Assembly (NCBI GenBank): GCA_964609155.1 | Contig: CAZSRF010000002.1 | Span: forward strand, 352-64,351 | Direction of reading: 5' to 3' | Length of the DNA stretch: 64,000 nt | DNA from: an uncultured Gammaproteobacteria bacterium | GTDB lineage: Bacteria; Pseudomonadota; Gammaproteobacteria; JAGOUU01 | Part shown: piece after piece, positions 58,246 through 64,000 of the stretch | How positions within the stretch are numbered: the first letter of the stretch is position 1 | Layout of the letters: the number at the start of each line of letters is the position of its first letter | Translations under genes and position numbers: made by a program | Notes under the pieces: model-generated | Database searches by the model: none | The model's input: only the letters and a program-made list of their open reading frames with translations | Told to the model about the DNA's origin: nothing

Positions 58246-59019
58246 TTAAAGATTAGACATAAGTTTATGCTCTTCCTCTGTCATTTCGATTGCGCCACGC
58301 TTTAGATAAAAATTATTTATTGTGGCGACTATCTCTTTGGAGTTATCAATAAAAGAAACTAGTTCCAGATCTTTAACATCAATCATGCCTTGTTTTACTA
58401 ATGTATTACTCAGCCAATCAAATAACCCCTGCCAAAAAGGTTTATCGACTAATATAATAGGAATACGACGAGACTTACCTGTCTGAATTAAAGTTACTAT
58501 TTCAGCGAATTCATCTAATGTTCCAAAACCTCCTGGTAGGCAAATATAAGCAGAGGCATATTTGACAAACATGACCTTACGTGAAAAAAAATGCCTGAAC
58601 CTTAAGGAGATGTCTTGGTAAGGGTTAGATACTTCCTCTTGTGGAAGTTGAATATTAAGGCCTACAGTAGGTGCAGGGCCCTTAGAAGCCCCTTTATTAG
58701 CAGCTTCCATAACTCCAGGCCCGCCACCGGTTACAACTGCAAAACCAGCCTCTGAAAGTGTAAAAGCAATCTCTTCGGCTTGTTTATAATACTGACTATC
58801 TGGCGCAACGCGAGCTGAGCCGAAAATGCTTACTGTCTTTTGTAAATGTGCAAGACGTTCGAAGCCTTCGACGAATTCTGACATTATTTGGAACATCTTC
58901 CAAGATTCTTTGGTAAACAGCTGATCTTTAAAATGGGGTGATGGTGGTAATTGTTTATCCCGGCCTATATTCATATTTAATGCTCCATTTATCTCTATAA
59001 TTTTAAGTGTAACATACAA
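58246..59019 (-). CDS. LOG-family cytokinin-riboside-5'-monophosphate phosphoribohydrolase-like (TIGR00730) protein
   Basis: Motifs TGGGPGVMEAANKGA and PGGFGTLDEFAE. Confidence 0.8.
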   Translation of the reverse strand: MYVTLKIIEINGALNMNIGRDKQLPPSPHFKDQLFTKESWKMFQIMSEFVEGFERLAHLQKTVSIFGSARVAPDSQYYKQAEEIAFTLSEAGFAVVTGGGPGVMEAANKGASKGPAPTVGLNIQLPQEEVSNPYQDISLRFRHFFSRKVMFVKYASAYICLPGGFGTLDEFAEIVTLIQTGKSRRIPIILVDKPFWQGLFDWLSNTLVKQGMIDVKDLELVSFIDNSKEIVATINNFYLKRGAIEMTEEEHKLMSNL

Positions 59020-59145
59020 TTAAAACTACACTAGTTTACTGTGCTAACCCATTATAAATTAGTTAATCAGATAAAGTAAAATGGGTGTATTAAACTCATA
59101 AAAAAATGATTATAATGAACAAATAAAATATATAAATTAAGGTCA

Positions 59146-59832
59146 TTGTTTATGAGAATAATTTTACTTGGCCCACCAGGTGCTGGTAAAGGTACGCAAG
59201 CTGATTTGTTATGCAGTTATTTTAAGATCCCAAAGATCTCTACCGGTGATATGTTACGTACGGCTATTCTAAACAAAACTCCTTTAGGATTAAAAGCAAA
59301 GGATGTAATAGAACGAGGAGCGTTAGTCTCAGATGATATCATTATAGATTTAATCAAAGAGCGAATTGTGCAGCCCGACTGCGCCAAAGGGTATTTATTT
59401 GATGGAGTGCCAAGAACAATTCCCCAAGCTAAAACTTTGGAATCTCAGCACATTCATTTTGATTTTGTTGTTGAGATAAAAGTTGCTGATAGCAAAATAT
59501 TACAGCGATTAACAGGGCGTCGAGTTCATTCTGAATCAGGGCGTACATATCATGTAGTATTTAACCCTCCTCAAGTAGCGAATAAAGATGATATAACGGG
59601 TGAAGAACTCAGTATTCGCCCCGATGATAATGAAAACACTGTGAAACAACGCTTGGCTGTTTATCATTCTCAAACAGCGCCACTAGTCAAATTTTACAAA
59701 AATTTTGAAGCTATGGGCCGATATGGAGCTCCTAGATTTGTAGAAGTTAATGGTGATGATAATGTTTTAAATGTGCAACAGGCTTTAATAACAATTTTGG
59801 AGTCTAAAAGTAAAAGTACTCAACAGCAATAG
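59146..59832 (+). CDS. adk: adenylate kinase
   Basis: P-loop LLGPPGAGKGTQA. LID and NMP-binding motifs. The true start is likely MRIILLG at 59152. Confidence 0.93.
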   Translation: MFMRIILLGPPGAGKGTQADLLCSYFKIPKISTGDMLRTAILNKTPLGLKAKDVIERGALVSDDIIIDLIKERIVQPDCAKGYLFDGVPRTIPQAKTLESQHIHFDFVVEIKVADSKILQRLTGRRVHSESGRTYHVVFNPPQVANKDDITGEELSIRPDDNENTVKQRLAVYHSQTAPLVKFYKNFEAMGRYGAPRFVEVNGDDNVLNVQQALITILESKSKSTQQQ

Positions 59833-59839
59833 CAATAAC

Positions 59840-61036
59840 ATGGGAATTATAACGTCTTTATTAGATACAGATCTATATAAGTTAACCATGATGCAATGTG
59901 TATTGCATCAGTTTCCAGCTGCTATGGTAGAGTATAAGTTTCAGTGTCGAAGCAATATATTGTTGGGTGAGTATATCAATGAGATTCAACAAGAGATTTG
60001 TGAATTTTGCCAGCTAAGGTTTTCTAATAGTGAATTAGAATATCTAACCAAACTTGATTATCTTAAAACAGATTTTATAGAGTTTTTGAGGATATTCAAA
60101 CTTAACTATAATTTTATTAATATAAGTCAAGACAAAGAGAAGCAACTGGAAATTACTATAAAGGGTCCTTGGCTGCATACTATTTTATTTGAAGTCCCTG
60201 TATTGGCAATAATTAATGAAGTATACTTTCGTAATCAAATAATTAAGCAAGACTTGTCATATGGGAATATTTTAGATCAAGGCGAAAAGCTATTAAATGA
60301 TAAAATAGAACTAGTAATTAATAGTAGTGTAGGCGGCTTCAAGTTTTCTGATTTTGGCACTAGACGACGTTTTTCTAAAGATTGGCAGGAGAGGATTGTC
60401 TCTACTTTACAGAAGGCTTTGCCGCATAATTTTGTAGGAACCAGTAATGTTTATTTGGCTGCAAAATATAATTTATTGCCGGTAGGAACAATGGCGCATG
60501 AGTTCTTGCAGGCTTGTCAAGCATTAGGGCCGCGATTAGTGGATAGCCAAAAATATGCATTAGAGGCATGGACTAAAGAATACCGTGGTCGTTTAGGAAT
60601 AGCATTAACAGATGTGGTAGGAATGGACGCTTTTTTAAATGACTTTGATCTATTTTTTGCAAAATTATTTGATGGATTACGACACGATTCTGGCGATCCT
60701 ATTATTTGGGGAGAAAAGGCGATTGCGCATTATAAAAAATTAAAAATCCATCCTATGTCAAAACGTTTAATTTTTAGTGATAATTTGACTATAGGTTCTG
60801 CTATAAAAATTTATAAACACTTTTTGGGTCGTGCAAAAACATCTTATGGTATTGGTACTAATTTGACTAATGACGTTGGCTTAGAACCGATACAAATTGT
60901 TATCAAAATGATTAGATGTAATAATCAATCTGTCGCTAAAATATCAGACAGCCCTGGGAAAACTATTTGCTTAGATATAAATTATATTGAATATTTAAAA
61001 CAAGTTTTCTCTGTTAATCAGGCTGGCAACGAATAA
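59840..61036 (+). CDS. pncB: nicotinate phosphoribosyltransferase
   Basis: 398 aa. N-terminus SLLDTDLYKLTMMQ matches PncB-family NAPRTase. Confidence 0.85.
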   Translation: MGIITSLLDTDLYKLTMMQCVLHQFPAAMVEYKFQCRSNILLGEYINEIQQEICEFCQLRFSNSELEYLTKLDYLKTDFIEFLRIFKLNYNFINISQDKEKQLEITIKGPWLHTILFEVPVLAIINEVYFRNQIIKQDLSYGNILDQGEKLLNDKIELVINSSVGGFKFSDFGTRRRFSKDWQERIVSTLQKALPHNFVGTSNVYLAAKYNLLPVGTMAHEFLQACQALGPRLVDSQKYALEAWTKEYRGRLGIALTDVVGMDAFLNDFDLFFAKLFDGLRHDSGDPIIWGEKAIAHYKKLKIHPMSKRLIFSDNLTIGSAIKIYKHFLGRAKTSYGIGTNLTNDVGLEPIQIVIKMIRCNNQSVAKISDSPGKTICLDINYIEYLKQVFSVNQAGNE

Positions 61037-61049
61037 AATGCTTATATAA

Positions 61050-61343
61050 TTACGGACGAGGTCTTTGCATTTCTTGTTCTTCAGAAACGACCTGTTGTTC
61101 TAGCCTATCAACTAGAGGGTCATCTCCTAAAATAGTTTTATGGGCTTTAATAAGCTGCGTTAAATTTTCAATACCGGTTTGTGCATCTTCTAAAATTTCA
61201 GTTTTTAGTTCTTTTACTTCTGTTTTCCACTCGTGCTCATCATGACGTAACTTATCATCTTTTAAAACCAAAAGCTGAAGGTGTTTATCTTTAAGATTAT
61301 TGATTAATTGTTGATATTGATCGTGAATATTATTTTTATTCAT
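61050..61343 (-). CDS. hypothetical 97-aa coiled-coil protein
   Basis: ORF with a charged, heptad-like composition. No family recognised. Confidence 0.4.
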   Translation of the reverse strand: MNKNNIHDQYQQLINNLKDKHLQLLVLKDDKLRHDEHEWKTEVKELKTEILEDAQTGIENLTQLIKAHKTILGDDPLVDRLEQQVVSEEQEMQRPRP

Positions 61344-61349
61344 ATAGTA

Positions 61350-61907
61350 TTAGTATTCCTGATCGACTAGTATTAAATTTATTGTATTTAACTGATTTAA
61401 TAATTCAGTTTCTCTTGTTTCAAATGGTGTCCATTTAGAAAAATCAATATTATTTCTTGGTTCTAGTGGAGAAAAATTTTTCCAGAAAATCTTATGTTTA
61501 TCTTCTAAAATATGTTCCATATCAGGTTTTACCGATCTGGCTAAGTAAGAATTATGAGATGGTTTTTTTATATGCAGTGCTGTTAATAGTTCATTCATTG
61601 ATACTAATGATGAATAGCTATAGATTTTAACAGACTGTTTTTTTTCAACTCTACCTTGTGCGAATAATCCTAAGTTTTTATCAGAAGTGACTTTTTTTTG
61701 AGAAAGATTTAACAGCTCTTCAGTCTCTTTTTTAGAAATGCCATATGATACGATATCAACAGGCTTATTGATTTTTAAATCAGAAGCATGATGTTCAAAA
61801 TAAATTTGTGCTTTTATTTCAGGTAAAGCGCAATCAAAAGTTTGTTCGCTAATAAGAAGAAACTCATTTTTTTTGTAATCTTGACATACATGCAAATATA
61901 AGGCCAT
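61350..61907 (-). CDS. hypothetical 185-aa protein
   Basis: ORF tightly packed with the downstream 97-aa gene (6-bp gap). No family recognised. Confidence 0.4.
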   Translation of the reverse strand: MALYLHVCQDYKKNEFLLISEQTFDCALPEIKAQIYFEHHASDLKINKPVDIVSYGISKKETEELLNLSQKKVTSDKNLGLFAQGRVEKKQSVKIYSYSSLVSMNELLTALHIKKPSHNSYLARSVKPDMEHILEDKHKIFWKNFSPLEPRNNIDFSKWTPFETRETELLNQLNTINLILVDQEY

Positions 61908-62143
61908 TTTATCCTCTTTTAGTTTAATGCATATAATTAATGCACTTAGTATAATTTTAGTTAATAATTTAGGCTTGACTTATAATTTTGTATTTATTTT
62001 TGCTGACCAAGCCTAAATTACATTTCTAATACCTTGTAATTTACTTGGATTATAAAGAAGCAAACTTAACACTAACTGAATCTAATTTTTTTAATCTAGA
62101 TATTCAATTTAACTATTTAGCAGTGAAATTAAAGAAATTCAGG

Positions 62144-62245
62144 ACTTATGAACAATGATTGTAAACTGCCATCTCGGTCAAGCGCAGTGCGCTGAACCAA
62201 GATTCTCAGCTGCAAGATACGGCTGTATAACAAGCTTTTGCTAGC
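62144..62245. repeat. About 100-bp MITE/REP-like element, copy B (hairpin module deleted)
   Basis: ACTTATGAACAATGATTGTAAACTGCCATCTCGGTCAAGCGCAGTGCGCTGAACCAAGATTCTCAGCTGCAAGATACGGCTG...ACAAGCTTTTGCTA aligns with copies A and C. The pnuC stop codon lies at its right end. Confidence 0.55.
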
Positions 62246-62876
62246 CTGTAGTGTGGGATATCAGGATGTCAGATGATTCCATAGATAATTGGGATAATTG
62301 TCGTGATTGGTTGTTTTTGTACCAAATTTTATACCAGGTAGTGAAGCCATATATTGCCACAAAAAGATAACAAATATTTAATACAAAATGCCCTGTTAAG
62401 GTTTTATGGTAAAACATGCTGATCATGAGTAAATCAGTGATAAACCAAATAATCCAGTTTTCTATATACCGTCTAGCTGTTAACCATTGGCCAATTAGGC
62501 TTAATGCCATTGTCATAGCATCAAGGTGAGGGATAGTAGAATTAGTATATTGGGTTAAAATAAAATAAGTTGTAATATACCCAAACGTTAAACATACTAA
62601 CAATTTGACAATGGTATTTGTATCTAAAAAGATAATATCAGCAGGTTTAGAATGAGCACCACCATAGGTCCAATGGAATAATCCATATAGAGCCAGAGAG
62701 ATATAAATAATTTCAAGAAATGCTTCACCGTAGATACCAGTAGTATAATAAAGATAAAGACTAATTAAATTTGATATGATGCACAACGGCCAACCCCAAA
62801 TATTATTTCGAGCATAGAGTACCGTAATACTAAAAGAAAGTAGGGCGCCAAAGTAATCTGCAAAAAAAATACTCAT
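62241..62876 (-). CDS. pnuC: nicotinamide riboside transporter PnuC
   Basis: About 210 aa and 7 TM. Conserved QWLTARRYIENWIIWFITD segment resembles the PnuC signature. It is adjacent to pncB. Start preferred at MSIFF; the ORF track starts at 62909. Confidence 0.6.
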   Translation of the reverse strand: MSIFFADYFGALLSFSITVLYARNNIWGWPLCIISNLISLYLYYTTGIYGEAFLEIIYISLALYGLFHWTYGGAHSKPADIIFLDTNTIVKLLVCLTFGYITTYFILTQYTNSTIPHLDAMTMALSLIGQWLTARRYIENWIIWFITDLLMISMFYHKTLTGHFVLNICYLFVAIYGFTTWYKIWYKNNQSRQLSQLSMESSDILISHTTG

Positions 62877-62881
62877 AGATA

Positions 62882-63988
62882 TTAGGTGATAACTCCTCCA
62901 CCTAGGCAAACATTGCTATCATTATAGTCATAAAACACCATTGTTTGTCCAGGAGTAATAGCTCTTTGCGGTTTATCAAATTTAACAATGAGCTGCTTAG
63001 AGTCACTAATATTAATATAAGCTAATTGATCTGGTTGGCGATATCTTGATTTTATGTAAACAGGGGTACTTTCAGTCAAGTCATTTACAATTGAAATGAA
63101 ATTGTAATTAGTTACAGTGGCTTCTGAGCGATATAACAAAGGATGATTAGAGCCTTGTACTACTAAAAGTGTATTGTTGTCTAGATTTTTTTGAGCTACA
63201 TACCATGGAAGCTCAGAATAGTTTTTAAGGCCACCCAAATTAAGTCCTTGGCGCTGTCCTAGTGTATAATACATAAGGCCATCATGGCGGCCGATAATAT
63301 TATTGTTAACATCTATAATATTTCCAGGGTTAGCTGGTAAGTATTTACTTAGAAAATTTTTAAATTTTACCTCACCTATAAAACAGATACCTGTACTATC
63401 TTTTTTATCATGAGTAACAAGATCAAGCTCTTTTGCTATAGCACGTATCTCAGGCTTGGTTAATTCTCCAATAGGAAATAGACTTCTTGATAATTGTGTT
63501 TGATTTAAAGCACAAAGAAAATAACTTTGATCTTTATTAGTATCAATGGCTTTTAGAAGCTGGTATGTATTATTATTTTTACAAATTCTTGCATAATGTC
63601 CAGTGGCTATATAGTCTGCATTGAGATTATTACAAGCATAATCTAAAAAAGCTTTGAATTTTACTTCTTTATTACATAAAATATCAGGGTTAGGGGTTCT
63701 TCCTAATTTATATTCTTGAATAAAATACTCAAAAACATGATTCCAATATTCAGCAGAAAAATTACAATTATGTAATTTTACATTTAATTTTTCGCAAACT
63801 GCCTCTGCGTCTTTTAGATCTGCAGCTGCGCTACAATACGTATCTGTATCATCTTCCTCCCAGTTTTTCATAAACAAAGCTTCTACTTGATAACCTTGTT
63901 TTTTTAAAAGATAGACGGCTACAGACGAATCAACCCCTCCAGACAGGCCGACAATAACTTTTATAGGGCGTTTAGACGTTATGTGCAT
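62882..63988 (-). CDS. mnmA: tRNA-specific 2-thiouridylase MnmA
   Basis: PP-loop GLSGGVDSSV. Catalytic Cys residues. 368 aa. Confidence 0.92.
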   Translation of the reverse strand: MHITSKRPIKVIVGLSGGVDSSVAVYLLKKQGYQVEALFMKNWEEDDTDTYCSAAADLKDAEAVCEKLNVKLHNCNFSAEYWNHVFEYFIQEYKLGRTPNPDILCNKEVKFKAFLDYACNNLNADYIATGHYARICKNNNTYQLLKAIDTNKDQSYFLCALNQTQLSRSLFPIGELTKPEIRAIAKELDLVTHDKKDSTGICFIGEVKFKNFLSKYLPANPGNIIDVNNNIIGRHDGLMYYTLGQRQGLNLGGLKNYSELPWYVAQKNLDNNTLLVVQGSNHPLLYRSEATVTNYNFISIVNDLTESTPVYIKSRYRQPDQLAYINISDSKQLIVKFDKPQRAITPGQTMVFYDYNDSNVCLGGGVIT

Positions 63989-64000
63989 TATTCTGTGTTA

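Noticed and set aside
1-64000. Scan for tRNA, rRNA and CRISPR arrays
   Set aside because: No T-loop/acceptor pattern such as GGTTCGAATCC, no rRNA-like conserved stretches, and no regularly spaced direct repeats with unique spacers were seen. The only tandem repeats are short coding repeats: 40675-40719, about 13500-13545, and 57200-57260.

Overview
This window looks like a chromosomal segment of an AT-rich, Legionella-like gammaproteobacterium (Legionellales), and the outlier genes are the interesting part. I judged GC by eye at roughly one third and did not compute it. The organism call is an inference from gene content: a BarA/GacS/LetS-type tripartite sensor kinase, a ProA-like M4 zinc metalloprotease, an LpnE/EnhC-like Sel1-repeat protein, a eukaryote-type ecto-NTPDase, a ubiquitin-like/ankyrin fusion protein and the overall base composition.

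Most of the window is conserved housekeeping, read here from protein motifs. In order: coaBC, a rhodanese, the lytic transglycosylase Slt, an L,D-transpeptidase, the prpB-prpC-prpD methylcitrate operon, ppsR/ppsA, yafS-rnhA-dnaQ, an NhaP-type antiporter, an AddB/AddA-type helicase-nuclease pair, degP, lepA-rnc-era-recO-acpS, rlmD-relA, a LOG-family protein, adk, pncB, pnuC and mnmA.

The outliers are these. (1) An IS607-family insertion sequence (serine-recombinase TnpA plus a TnpB RNA-guided nuclease) sits immediately downstream of prpD. (2) An HTTM (vitamin-K-carboxylase-like) membrane protein and a DCC thiol-disulfide oxidoreductase overlap out of frame. (3) At least four copies of a small MITE/REP-like repeat family share a GC-rich hairpin module (CCGGCTCCTCGGCCGG), and three of them lie at stop codons or between convergent genes. 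(4) A possible accessory module at about 45.3-50.9 kb holds two large polytopic membrane proteins that may be paralogous, a YhhN-like membrane protein and a GC-rich ubiquitin-like/ankyrin gene that looks horizontally acquired. (5) Several other candidate host-interaction genes are present: the NTPDase, the Sel1 protein, the M4 protease with a PT-repeat linker, and Cys-rich or proline-rich proteins of unknown function. I found no rRNA, tRNA or CRISPR array. Antisense ORFs in the six-frame track that sit inside well-supported genes are treated as spurious.
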